The notes under the pieces: generated by a model
The model's database searches: none
What the model was told of the DNA's origin: nothing
What the model saw: the letters and a program-made list of their open reading frames with translations, nothing else
Made by a program: the position numbers and the translations under genes
Shown here: positions 1-9,712 of the stretch, in pieces
How positions within the stretch are numbered: the first letter of the stretch is position 1
Layout: every line of letters begins with the position of its first letter
IMG/VR virus record: IMGVR_UViG_3300029568_000166
Span: 6,360-70,359 of that record
DNA length: 64,000 bases
Source: a virus
Direction: 5' to 3' (one strand)

Positions 1-107
1 CATTTACAGACGACGAAGGAAATCCTGTTGTACCGGAAACTACAGAAACCCAGGAAAAAACCACAAAAAGAGCCAAGAAGAAATCTACAGAAGACACAGA
101 TAGTTAG
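1..107 (+). CDS. 3' end of upstream gene (truncated by window), possibly tail assembly chaperone
   Basis: Frame from base 3 reads FTDDEGNPVVPETTETQEKTTKRAKKKSTEDTDS, stop TAG 105-107. Function is guessed only from its position before the tape measure gene. Confidence 0.5.
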   Translation, partial: FTDDEGNPVVPETTETQEKTTKRAKKKSTEDTDS

Positions 108-119
108 TGTATATAATAG
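107..119 (+). promoter_or_regulatory. Candidate phage-specific (late) promoter motif GTGTATATAATAG
   Basis: Intergenic, about 50 nt before the tape measure ATG. Related GGTGTAT motifs precede genes at 46329, 57766 and 62750 on the - strand. Confidence 0.4.
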
Positions 120-171
120 CATAGTATAATATTTTGGAACGTTAGAGATCCAGCTCAGGGAATAAGACTTT

Positions 172-3100
172 ATGGCTAAATCCTACAACTTAACTATGCA
201 AGTCAATTTGCAGGGGCCAACCAATCTCAAAAGCGTTAGTTCCAAGATAAAGAAAGAGCTCTCTTCTGCAGGAGGTTCTCTTGATATAAAGATAGACAAG
301 AGATCACTTTCTTCAGTTGATGCTGCTACTAAAAAGGTAAGAGCTCTAACGTCTGTTCTTAAAGAGGCTCAGAGGGTACAACAAGGACTGAACAGGTCCA
401 TGTCTACACTAAGCAAATCTATTGGAGCTGTTTCAGCACAAGCATCTGCGGCAGGTAAAGGTCTTAAGTCTGTAAATGTTGGATTAACACAGACTCATAA
501 AAAATCACAAGCTGCGACTAAATCTGTTTCTTCTCTTGGTAGTGCTCTGGCGGCATCAGCCAAGAAAGCAGCTGGTTACGCTATAGTTAATAGAACCTTA
601 ACTGTTCTAACAAGTTCCATAGAAGATGCCTCAAGGGCGTTCGTGTCTTTTGAAAGAAACCTTAATAAGGTTGAACAGGTAACTAGAGCAGGCGGTTTCG
701 CTCTGTCTCTATTAAATAAAGAAATCAGATCTGCTTCCGTATCCTTCGGCGCGTCTGCTCAAGAACTTTCTGAAGTAGCGGTAACTTTTGCTCAGGCTGG
801 TTTAAGTGCTGACGATGTAAGAAAAAGCTTAAAAGCAGTTGCCCAGGCTAGTTTAGCTCCTACATTTACCAATATGAGAGACGCCGCAGAGGGAGCGATT
901 GCTGTATTTAGACAATTCGGCATACAGTCTGAACAACTAGGCCAAGTATTTGATACCATCAACAACGTAGCCGGTAGTTTTGCCGTTGAATTTGATGACA
1001 TTGTTTCTGCAGTTCAAAGAGGTGGTGGTGCTTTTGCTGTTGCTGCTAAAGGTATAGATACAGGCACAGAATCTTTAAATAAGTTTGTGGCTCTATTTAC
1101 TGCGGTCAGAGCCACAACGAGAGAAAGTTCTGAAACTATTGCTACTGGTATTAGAACCATTACGTCTAGACTGCAGAAACTTTCTACACAACAAAGCATT
1201 AAAGAGATTTTAGGAGAAGATTTATCTCTTACCGTTAATGGTGAGTTTATTGGTGTTTATCAGTCTATAGAAAAAATTAGCCAGAGAATCAAAGAACTAG
1301 GAATAACTACCCAAGATGTTAGATTCGCCAAACTGGTCGAAGAAATTGGTGGTATTAGACAGATTAGTCGCGTCATCCCTTTATTGGAAAACTTTGGTGA
1401 CGCTCAAGATGCTTATAGCATTGCAGCCGCAAAGAGCGCTTCTACCGCTAGAGACGCAGCTCTGGCTCAAAAAACCCTAGCTGTGCAGCTAGCTAATACA
1501 TATAATGCTTGGCTTGATTTTACTGGAGCTTTGGCAGACAGCGGTATTAAACAAGTTATTTCCTTGATGTTAAGCTTAACTAAAACTCTTTTTCAGGTTG
1601 GTAAAGCTTTTGCTCCTGCTATTGCCATATTCGGAATAAGCAAAGCCGCTGGTGCTCTTGGAAGAGGAATTTCTGGTCTTGGAAAATCTAAAGGGGGAAG
1701 CCGAGGTTTATTTGGATCCTTATTAGGAGGAGGAAACAAAGAAGCAACACAAGCAACTCAAAATAATACTACAGCCATCGTTAAGCTGACCCAAGCCGTA
1801 ACGAACGCGTCTAAAAATAATTCTGTTCAGGGTTTTGCTCGCGGTGGAGTGGTTCCAGGAACAGGAAATCGCGACACTGTTCCAGCGATGCTTACTCCTG
1901 GTGAATTTGTTATTCGTAAAGATGCAGTGAAGGCTATAGGCACAGAGAAGCTGCACAAGATGAATAAGTATGCCTCAGGCGGTTTGGTGTCAGATATAGC
2001 ATCAACATCAGGTGTAAGTCAGCGATTTAAAAGATCTGTGGCTACTACCAAAGAAGAACCTTTTAGAACAGGAGCGGCTGTTAATAGCGATGACCGTCTT
2101 GAAGCAGATATTAGATATCACGACTATAACCTAAGTAGCATCAGAGCAGGTCTAAAAGGCTCAAAATCAAAGAAATACGAAGATTATAATTATGATAATA
2201 AGTACCAAGGAACCGAAGGTCTTTTGAAGGCTTTGGAGTCAGACGACAATAACGCCAAAGGACACGCTTTTGAAAAATATCTAGAAAAAAAACTAGGGCA
2301 AACATCAACGAAACAAAAAGCTCCAGTAGATTTTACAAGCGGTCCCGGTCATTATAGGGAAGCTAAAAACGTTCAAGAAAAATTGCCAGAGAACATATTT
2401 TTAGATAAATTGTATAGAGCAAGGGTAGACGATGGATCATATTCAAATCTAAAACAAACGCCGACATCAGAAGGTGGTCAGAACATAAACATGGGAACAA
2501 TACATGTTGATTATCTGAAGAGAGCTCTTGGCGGTCCTATCCTAGCAACCGATACCGTCGGCGCTGCTATCATGGAGGACATAGAATCATACAAGCCGAT
2601 AGTATCAGCTGCGGATATAGCTGCAGCTACATCTAAAGGTAGAACAAATGAAGAAGAAATAAAACAGCAACTTCTTGATATCCTTGGCAACAGAACATAC
2701 AACATTCAAAAAGTAGGACTTGGAGCACAAGTAAACAAATTAATTTCTGGAAAGATAGGTTCCGGCTCAAAAGATATGGTAAATAGTATTTTGAGTGGTC
2801 TAGGGATGCCTACAGTTGAAGGTGACGAGAATCAAGAAAATCTACTATCCACAATGAACGCGGGTATGAGGGGAGCTGTATTTGAGACTGTTATCCAGGC
2901 TATGAAACAGAATGGTATTTATGAAAAAGCTCAAACCACATCAGAAAATAATGACTTTTTTGATTTTACATCAGGAATAGGTAAAGCTGCTAGCTTTTTC
3001 CCTGGTTTAGAAAACATAGACTTTATTGATGCCAAAATCAGTCTTGATGCAGCCAAAAACAATAAAATAGCAAGAAAAATAGGAAATGAAGTTCTTAGAT

Positions 3101-6100
3101 CTTCACAAGGTCTTTCTGAAGAACAGATAGCGGATTTAGCCCCAGAATCAGGAAGCATACTAGAGAAGCTGCTCAGTGATATTAGGGGTAATATTCAGAA
3201 CGCAGCAAGAATTAATAGAGGTTTAAAAATTCCTATTCCTGGCACAGCTATGGCTAACGTAGGGGTGCATAAGGCAGATTCTGATGCTATTCTCAAAGCC
3301 TACTCTGATAATGGTTTGAATGAGGAGCAAGGAAACGAATTGCTTGGTAAAATTTTTAAAATCACAAACAGTAAGAATTTTGGTGGGCCAGCAATCACAG
3401 TAAAAGATACACTATTTGCTAATGGCGGTTTTGTTCAAAAATTTATGGCTGGTGGATACAGTAAACCAGCAAGTGATAAGCAGCTAGCTTTCCTGAAAAG
3501 CCTTGTAGACAAGCATGGTGTTCCAGAAGGATTTGAATACCCACCCAAGACATCTGCCCAAGCAAGTGCTCTTATAGACAGAATCAAGAATCCTCCAAAA
3601 CAGGGTCTTGATCTCAATAGTCTCTTTAACGAATACCAGCAAATCTTTGGTGTTGCTCATCCTCAATCAAAGGAAGAACTTGAACAGGAAGAAATTAACG
3701 ATTGGGCACAAAACATAGATAGAACCATAGATAAGTATAATAAGTTTGCGAATGTAATCAAAGAATACTATGGTAAAATAGTTCAACAAGATAGCTGGAA
3801 TGGGAGTTTTTATGCTTTGGGTGGTCCTGCTCCTTCTATGATGAAAAGAGCAGAATTGGATAAGTTTGTACAAGGAGGTGGTTTTGATAGAAAACTTTTG
3901 GAAGAGTTTGCAACGAGAGGAGATTTGGCTTTTGGTAGTACTTTTAATGCTCCAAGGGGCCGAGGAGCAAATAGTTCAGCACTAAGAACTCGCAAGACCT
4001 ATATGCGTGGGTACGCAGACGGAGGCTCAATAGCAGACACGGTTCCTGCACTATTAACTCCTGGTGAGTTTGTTATCAACAAGAAGGCTGCAGCTAAAAT
4101 CGGATCCGCCAAACTTAACAAAATGAATCGTGCCGATAAGATTCAGGGTTTTAACAAGGGCGGGCCAGTAGGTTTTGTTCAGAGATTTGCTGAAGGTGGC
4201 GAGGCGGGTTCCTTAAACAGCCAGATCGCTGTTAGCACAGCAGAAGTTAAGAGTCTTGCCGCCGCACAGGAAGCAGCAGAAAAAGAGTATCTAGGATTAG
4301 CTGCTAGACTCAAGAAGATGGATGATAGTCTTGTAGCAGGAATAGAAGGAAACAAGGCCTATAAAAAAGCTATAGACATAAAAGTCCAACTTGAAAAGAA
4401 ACTTCTTGCCGCAGAAGAGTCAGCACTAACGGTCATGGAAGAGTACCAGAAAGCAGAACAAAAACGAACTCAACTTATTAAGAAAGCCCAAATAGCCAAA
4501 GAAGAGAAAAATAAACAAAGACAATCATCGGGAACACAAGGTACGGTTACAGAAGGACTTGCTAGGCTAGACAAGATTGTTTCTAGTCGAATGGACGCTG
4601 TGACAGCTTCTTTTGCTGTGGCTGCCGAAAATGCCGGATTATCTCTCGAAGAGTTTGCTAGTGATCTTAAAGAAGCAAGCAAAGAACAATTTGTGGCATC
4701 AAAGAAAAAAATAGCCGAGTCAAGACAGTCCCTAAAGACAAATATAATTCAGTCTAGGGCAACAGGCATCGAGGATCCTGCAGCATTTCAAAAGCAAATA
4801 TCCGGTCAACTTAAAGGACTTATTGGCGACGACATAGGAGATAAAGAACTATCAGAGGCAGTAGACGCTATTACCGCCAAAATACAAGAAGGTACAAGTT
4901 CTTTTGATGAAATTGTTAAACAGGTTCCTGCTCTTGCCGAGGCTATGGATTCGACCGGAGATGCTGCTAAAGCTAACGCTAGCGTTCAACAAAAAATTGT
5001 GCAAGAATACGGGGGATTGATCAAACAGGTTCAGCTTAGTGCTCAAGAGCTTGCAGAGGTAGAATGGAGAAGTGGGGGAGGAGAGGAAAGCCTTGGACTT
5101 GTTGGTAAGCTTCTTGATGGCTTAAAGAGCACAGGATTTAGCAAAACAGGAGCTTTTGAATTTAGCCAGGGCAAGTTAGGTCAGACCATTAAGTCTGTAC
5201 AAGATAAGGGTCTTGGGAAAGCTATATTTGACAAGCTTGGAGGAGCCGCTTCTAAGTTATCTCCAAAACTTGGTAGAGTTATTGGTAGTCTTGGTAAATT
5301 TGGCAAAGTTCTAGGTGGATTACCAGGAATTGCTGCTGGGGCAGCATCATTCTTTGCTGATCAATTTTTGCCAGGCTTACTTCAACAAATAGGTATGGCT
5401 AATACAGCAACAGGAGCAGGAATACAAGGTGCTGTTAGCAGTGGCGCTCAAATGGCAAGCATGGGTGCTGCTCTTGGGACTGTTTTATTACCAGGTATAG
5501 GTACAGCCATAGGGGCTTTAGCTGGAGGTATCTACGGAGCAATAACAGGAGGATTTAAAGCTTTCAGAACTAAATCTCTTGAGTTATCCTTAAACAAGCT
5601 GACTGAATCTACAAATAGACTTGATAGCGCTATGGAAGATTTTAGTGAAATACAAAGCACAGAGAATTTGGCTAGAGTACAACAAGAAGCACAAGGCAAT
5701 AAAGAATCTTTAACTTCTTTAGAAGACCAGGCCAGAATAGGCGATTCGCAGGCTGGGTTGCTTAATTGGTTTGGCACAGACGAAATAAACGATTCCGCCT
5801 TGCAAGCATACATTAGTGGTATAGATAGTCTTAACGAAAAATTTGCTAAAATAACTCAGATCAAAAGTTCAGGGCAAAGTCTTGATGAAATAAACAACAA
5901 TATTAAACAGCTTGAGCAAGGTAACTTAAGTGCAAGTTCTGTTCTTAAAACTTCTGGTCAGAGCGTACAAGAATACGCAAGAAGTTTAGCCGAAATAGAG
6001 CTTAGCAACAAATTTGGCGGTGATACCCAAGCGTTTCGAACAGAACTCAACAAACAGTTAGCTTCAGGACAATTAGACGAAAGAGGCATGGAGCTTGCAA

Positions 6101-9100
6101 AGATCGAGCTTCTACAGCTGGAAAGACAAAACCAGCAGCTTAAACTTATGCAGCAAGTAAATCTAGAAGTAGAGTCATTGGTTAGTCAACTACAAAAAGC
6201 AAGAGCTAGTGTTACAAGGTTTGCTGTTGAATTAGAAGCTCAGGAGCAAGCTACACAAAATCAGGTTTCAAATGTTTCTGGAGCAGGAGGAGTTAACCAA
6301 TTCAGAAACGAAGCACTTGAGGTTTTGGAAAATCCTAGAGGTTATACTGATCGAGAGTTCGATGTTGCTGCTAGAAGAACATCTCAAGTTATAGGAGGGG
6401 ACGCAGGAAAACAAGTTGAAGAAGGCTTGAAGGGACAAAGAGTATTAGAACAAGAACTCCCGAAAATACTTCGTAATGTCACAGACATGGACAAAGCTAG
6501 TGAAGCAATAGAGAATCTTGATCTTGGTATCTCTGATAGCCTTGGTAACGAAATCAAGAAAAAGCTTATAGATCAATTAGAACTAAAAGTTGGAGAAGAC
6601 GGAGTAGGAGGAGCGGCTTTTGCAGATCTAGCGGATGATGTGCCAGGACTTACTGCATCAATGGAGATATTTAAAGAAAACAATGAACTTGCCAAAGAGG
6701 CGGTTAAAGCATTCGGTGATGCCGTAAACGCTTCCGCAGAGAGAGCAACCAAATGGGCTGACGCTGTAGATGCAGCTAGAGAAAGAGAGCTAGCGGGAGT
6801 CAAGAAAAGAATAGAAGGAGAAAACGCTATAGCAGATGCCCTTGGACAAAGAATTTCTCTTGAAGAGAAAGCAGGAACTTTCTTTGCAGAATTTAACAGT
6901 CTTAGTGGTCAAAATGCCACAAACATGGGCCAAGTCGATATTCAGTCCATTGTTGATCAACGAAACATAAACGCAGGCAGAATAGACGCTGCTGAAAGAG
7001 CCAGAAATGCAGCGGCTACTTCCGGAGACATAGAAGGCGTAACAGCATTAAATAAACAACTTGCAAGTCTAAAGAAAGAAGACCAAAATCTTGTTAAGTC
7101 TCTTGAGCTAGTAGCAAATAGCAACGACCTTCTGCAAGCTGCACTAAACAAATATCAGGAAAGGATACAACAAGAAGACAAGAAGATAGATTTTGCTGAA
7201 AGGCTCGCAACTGCTGATACTGGAGAACTAGCCAGAATCAATTCGGAAATGACAGCCTTGAATGTTGCTCTGGGTTCTGACGACAAGACACAGAAAAGAT
7301 TTTTCAGTAATGTTGATAATAGAAGAGATGCTCTAGCCGGTCTGAAGAATTTGGACTTCTTGGGATTAGACGGAGCTGAAACAGGACAGATAAGGGCTCA
7401 GACACAGCTTAGTGTCCTAGAAAACACTCCTGGAATGAAAAAATTCTTGGATATGCAGACTAAGGACATCTATGGTAAAGACACTACGCTAAGAGAAATT
7501 CTGGAAAGAAGAGCTAAGACTGGTGAGACACCAGAGACTGAAGCAGCTAGAGCAGCAATAGAACTACAACAAAAGGCTAATGAAAGTTTAGCAGATATAG
7601 ATAACCAAGTAGCTGATATTCTAGCCAGTGATATAAGCGACCCAATTGTAAAAGCAATTCAGGACATGAGAGATAGAATAGCAGGAGCTATTGTAACTAG
7701 CGATAGATCAGGGACAGGTGCTCCACCTGGTTCATCTACTGCCAGTACGACCTCTCCTACCTCTCCTACCTCTCCTACATCTCCTCGTTCTGATGGTTCT
7801 ACTGGTGGTGGTCCTGGGCTTAGAACCCTAGCTTTTGGTGCTTATGCAGCAGATCAGTTTGCTGGTGGTAGAGGTTCAGCCGCATTAAGACAAGCTGCTG
7901 GTGCTGCTTCGAGAGGTTATGGTAGAGCCAGAGCGGGTGGTGCTGGTATACGAGCAAGTCTGGGAAGAGGATTACGGGGTGGAGCGCAAAGCCTAACCAG
8001 AGGAGGAGCAGGCAGAGCGGCAAACGCAGTAGGTAGAAGGTTGCGTAATCTTAGAAGTAGAATACCTACGGCAAATCAAGCGGGACTTAGAGTCGGACAA
8101 TTTGCTGATGACGCTATTGCTAGAATTCCAGGGGCAGGAAGGCGAGCAGGAGAGATGGTTGGCAGAGCGAGAAGAGGCCTAACAAATCTAAGAGGAAGAA
8201 TTCCTACGGCAAGACAGGCAGGCGCAGGAGTCAGGCAAGGAGCGAAACTAGCTAGAGACACAGCAGTTAATACGGTTAGAGCCATCAGAAATAGTAGAAC
8301 AGGAGTGAACGCAGCATCAACACTGGCTAGAGGAGCAGGCGCAGCAAGAAATATTGCTAATGCTGGTAGACTTGCTGGAGGCGCATTAAATGTAGCAAGA
8401 GCTACTCCAGGTATGTTGGCGGCTAATACTGCATTAAGCGGTGTTACAAATGCTATAGAGTTCGCATACGATCCAGCCGCCTATAATGAAAAGATGTTAG
8501 ATAGAGTTCAGGCTGGAATGGATGAGATGTATGCCAAGGGAGAATATCAGTTTACTAGCTTAGGAGGAGCTCTGGATGGGTTAAGCGATCCGATAGGTAA
8601 GATAGTAGAAGGAGGCTACGCTCTTAAGGCCTTAGCGGATGATTATGCTAATCTTGCTCAGGCTGAAGCTCGATCAGAAGCTATGTCTCAAGATCTTTCT
8701 ATAGCTAGGGGGCAAGATGTTGCTTCTGAACTTGGTTTTAGCGGAGACGCAGCAATAAGTGGCTTAGATACAGGTATTCAAGAAAAGATTCAAGAAATAG
8801 CTAGACAAGAATCTAAGCTAAAAGAAATAGAAGCTCTCATAGCTTCTGGAGCAGGAAACGAAAAGGCAGCCGGTTCTATTTTAACAAATTCTCAAATGGC
8901 CGAGAATATTAAGAGAACCATTTCGCAATCAGAATCTGGCCTAAATGCCCTCATAGACGAAGCGGCCACAACACAAGGATGGTTGTGGGATAGTCTTGAT
9001 GAAAGAATGAGACAAGCAATCAAGGCTCAGGTTGGAAGCGCTATGCAACAGCAAAGACAACTGATGCAGCAGAGAGATCAAGACGGAACTAACGCAGCAA

Positions 9101-9705
9101 CAGGTAAAGAGATTATGGCTACTATTGATCCGGCAAACAATAACGCTAGAAGCGAAGCGGAAATAGCAGCAGCGATGGAACAAGACAGACAACAGAGAGA
9201 AGAAAGAAGACAAAGAAGACAAAGAGAAACTGAGGAATCTGGCACAGAAGAAACTAGAGTTGGTCGTAGAGGCCGTAGGGGTAGAATGCAAGCAGAAACA
9301 GAGATAGGAATGCCAGATATTCTAGGTTTAGGTTCTTCTGAACTACTAACAGGAATTAAACAACTTAATGGCTCTTTAGAGGTAGTGTCTAAATTATTGA
9401 GCAATAAGTTTGGTCAAGAACTCATAGAGTCTATTAATGCTGCGTCTTTTGTTCTTTCTCTCGGAGAAGAGGTAAAATCAACCTTAACAGGCTTCAATGC
9501 TCAGTTTGGAAGATACGTGCAACAATTGTCTGAGCTCAGTATTCCAGATAAGATAACTATTACTGCTAATCATACAGTGGATGTGAATCTAAACGGAGCT
9601 GAGGTTTTACAGACGATGACCCCAATCTTTACCGACATGATAATTGAACAAGTTAAACTTCAGCTAAGTAAGGAAACCGAGGGAGGCCTTGGAACAGGAA
9701 GATGA
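172..9705 (+). CDS. Phage tail tape measure protein (3177 aa) with internal cargo-like domains
   Basis: N-terminal Ala/Ser/Lys-rich helical region with a TP901-type core (AVFRQFG..., TINNVAGSFAVEFDDI, TGIRTI). The TMP-associated motif GGVVPGTGNRDTVPAMLTPGEFVI occurs twice. Long coiled-coil stretches; first gene of the tail operon. Confidence 0.9.
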   Translation: MAKSYNLTMQVNLQGPTNLKSVSSKIKKELSSAGGSLDIKIDKRSLSSVDAATKKVRALTSVLKEAQRVQQGLNRSMSTLSKSIGAVSAQASAAGKGLKSVNVGLTQTHKKSQAATKSVSSLGSALAASAKKAAGYAIVNRTLTVLTSSIEDASRAFVSFERNLNKVEQVTRAGGFALSLLNKEIRSASVSFGASAQELSEVAVTFAQAGLSADDVRKSLKAVAQASLAPTFTNMRDAAEGAIAVFRQFGIQSEQLGQVFDTINNVAGSFAVEFDDIVSAVQRGGGAFAVAAKGIDTGTESLNKFVALFTAVRATTRESSETIATGIRTITSRLQKLSTQQSIKEILGEDLSLTVNGEFIGVYQSIEKISQRIKELGITTQDVRFAKLVEEIGGIRQISRVIPLLENFGDAQDAYSIAAAKSASTARDAALAQKTLAVQLANTYNAWLDFTGALADSGIKQVISLMLSLTKTLFQVGKAFAPAIAIFGISKAAGALGRGISGLGKSKGGSRGLFGSLLGGGNKEATQATQNNTTAIVKLTQAVTNASKNNSVQGFARGGVVPGTGNRDTVPAMLTPGEFVIRKDAVKAIGTEKLHKMNKYASGGLVSDIASTSGVSQRFKRSVATTKEEPFRTGAAVNSDDRLEADIRYHDYNLSSIRAGLKGSKSKKYEDYNYDNKYQGTEGLLKALESDDNNAKGHAFEKYLEKKLGQTSTKQKAPVDFTSGPGHYREAKNVQEKLPENIFLDKLYRARVDDGSYSNLKQTPTSEGGQNINMGTIHVDYLKRALGGPILATDTVGAAIMEDIESYKPIVSAADIAAATSKGRTNEEEIKQQLLDILGNRTYNIQKVGLGAQVNKLISGKIGSGSKDMVNSILSGLGMPTVEGDENQENLLSTMNAGMRGAVFETVIQAMKQNGIYEKAQTTSENNDFFDFTSGIGKAASFFPGLENIDFIDAKISLDAAKNNKIARKIGNEVLRSSQGLSEEQIADLAPESGSILEKLLSDIRGNIQNAARINRGLKIPIPGTAMANVGVHKADSDAILKAYSDNGLNEEQGNELLGKIFKITNSKNFGGPAITVKDTLFANGGFVQKFMAGGYSKPASDKQLAFLKSLVDKHGVPEGFEYPPKTSAQASALIDRIKNPPKQGLDLNSLFNEYQQIFGVAHPQSKEELEQEEINDWAQNIDRTIDKYNKFANVIKEYYGKIVQQDSWNGSFYALGGPAPSMMKRAELDKFVQGGGFDRKLLEEFATRGDLAFGSTFNAPRGRGANSSALRTRKTYMRGYADGGSIADTVPALLTPGEFVINKKAAAKIGSAKLNKMNRADKIQGFNKGGPVGFVQRFAEGGEAGSLNSQIAVSTAEVKSLAAAQEAAEKEYLGLAARLKKMDDSLVAGIEGNKAYKKAIDIKVQLEKKLLAAEESALTVMEEYQKAEQKRTQLIKKAQIAKEEKNKQRQSSGTQGTVTEGLARLDKIVSSRMDAVTASFAVAAENAGLSLEEFASDLKEASKEQFVASKKKIAESRQSLKTNIIQSRATGIEDPAAFQKQISGQLKGLIGDDIGDKELSEAVDAITAKIQEGTSSFDEIVKQVPALAEAMDSTGDAAKANASVQQKIVQEYGGLIKQVQLSAQELAEVEWRSGGGEESLGLVGKLLDGLKSTGFSKTGAFEFSQGKLGQTIKSVQDKGLGKAIFDKLGGAASKLSPKLGRVIGSLGKFGKVLGGLPGIAAGAASFFADQFLPGLLQQIGMANTATGAGIQGAVSSGAQMASMGAALGTVLLPGIGTAIGALAGGIYGAITGGFKAFRTKSLELSLNKLTESTNRLDSAMEDFSEIQSTENLARVQQEAQGNKESLTSLEDQARIGDSQAGLLNWFGTDEINDSALQAYISGIDSLNEKFAKITQIKSSGQSLDEINNNIKQLEQGNLSASSVLKTSGQSVQEYARSLAEIELSNKFGGDTQAFRTELNKQLASGQLDERGMELAKIELLQLERQNQQLKLMQQVNLEVESLVSQLQKARASVTRFAVELEAQEQATQNQVSNVSGAGGVNQFRNEALEVLENPRGYTDREFDVAARRTSQVIGGDAGKQVEEGLKGQRVLEQELPKILRNVTDMDKASEAIENLDLGISDSLGNEIKKKLIDQLELKVGEDGVGGAAFADLADDVPGLTASMEIFKENNELAKEAVKAFGDAVNASAERATKWADAVDAARERELAGVKKRIEGENAIADALGQRISLEEKAGTFFAEFNSLSGQNATNMGQVDIQSIVDQRNINAGRIDAAERARNAAATSGDIEGVTALNKQLASLKKEDQNLVKSLELVANSNDLLQAALNKYQERIQQEDKKIDFAERLATADTGELARINSEMTALNVALGSDDKTQKRFFSNVDNRRDALAGLKNLDFLGLDGAETGQIRAQTQLSVLENTPGMKKFLDMQTKDIYGKDTTLREILERRAKTGETPETEAARAAIELQQKANESLADIDNQVADILASDISDPIVKAIQDMRDRIAGAIVTSDRSGTGAPPGSSTASTTSPTSPTSPTSPRSDGSTGGGPGLRTLAFGAYAADQFAGGRGSAALRQAAGAASRGYGRARAGGAGIRASLGRGLRGGAQSLTRGGAGRAANAVGRRLRNLRSRIPTANQAGLRVGQFADDAIARIPGAGRRAGEMVGRARRGLTNLRGRIPTARQAGAGVRQGAKLARDTAVNTVRAIRNSRTGVNAASTLARGAGAARNIANAGRLAGGALNVARATPGMLAANTALSGVTNAIEFAYDPAAYNEKMLDRVQAGMDEMYAKGEYQFTSLGGALDGLSDPIGKIVEGGYALKALADDYANLAQAEARSEAMSQDLSIARGQDVASELGFSGDAAISGLDTGIQEKIQEIARQESKLKEIEALIASGAGNEKAAGSILTNSQMAENIKRTISQSESGLNALIDEAATTQGWLWDSLDERMRQAIKAQVGSAMQQQRQLMQQRDQDGTNAATGKEIMATIDPANNNARSEAEIAAAMEQDRQQREERRQRRQRETEESGTEETRVGRRGRRGRMQAETEIGMPDILGLGSSELLTGIKQLNGSLEVVSKLLSNKFGQELIESINAASFVLSLGEEVKSTLTGFNAQFGRYVQQLSELSIPDKITITANHTVDVNLNGAEVLQTMTPIFTDMIIEQVKLQLSKETEGGLGTGR
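7750..7785 (+). repeat. 9-nt tandem repeat (ACCTCTCCT x4, last copy imperfect) encoding TSP repeats
   Basis: acctctcct acctctcct acctctcct acatctcct read directly; encodes TSPTSPTSPTSP. Confidence 0.9.
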
Positions 9706-9712
9706 GGAATAG

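Noticed and set aside
172-9705. Inferring tail length from the full 3177 aa
   Set aside because: A large part appears to be non-helical cargo or low-complexity sequence, so the per-residue rule would overestimate the length.
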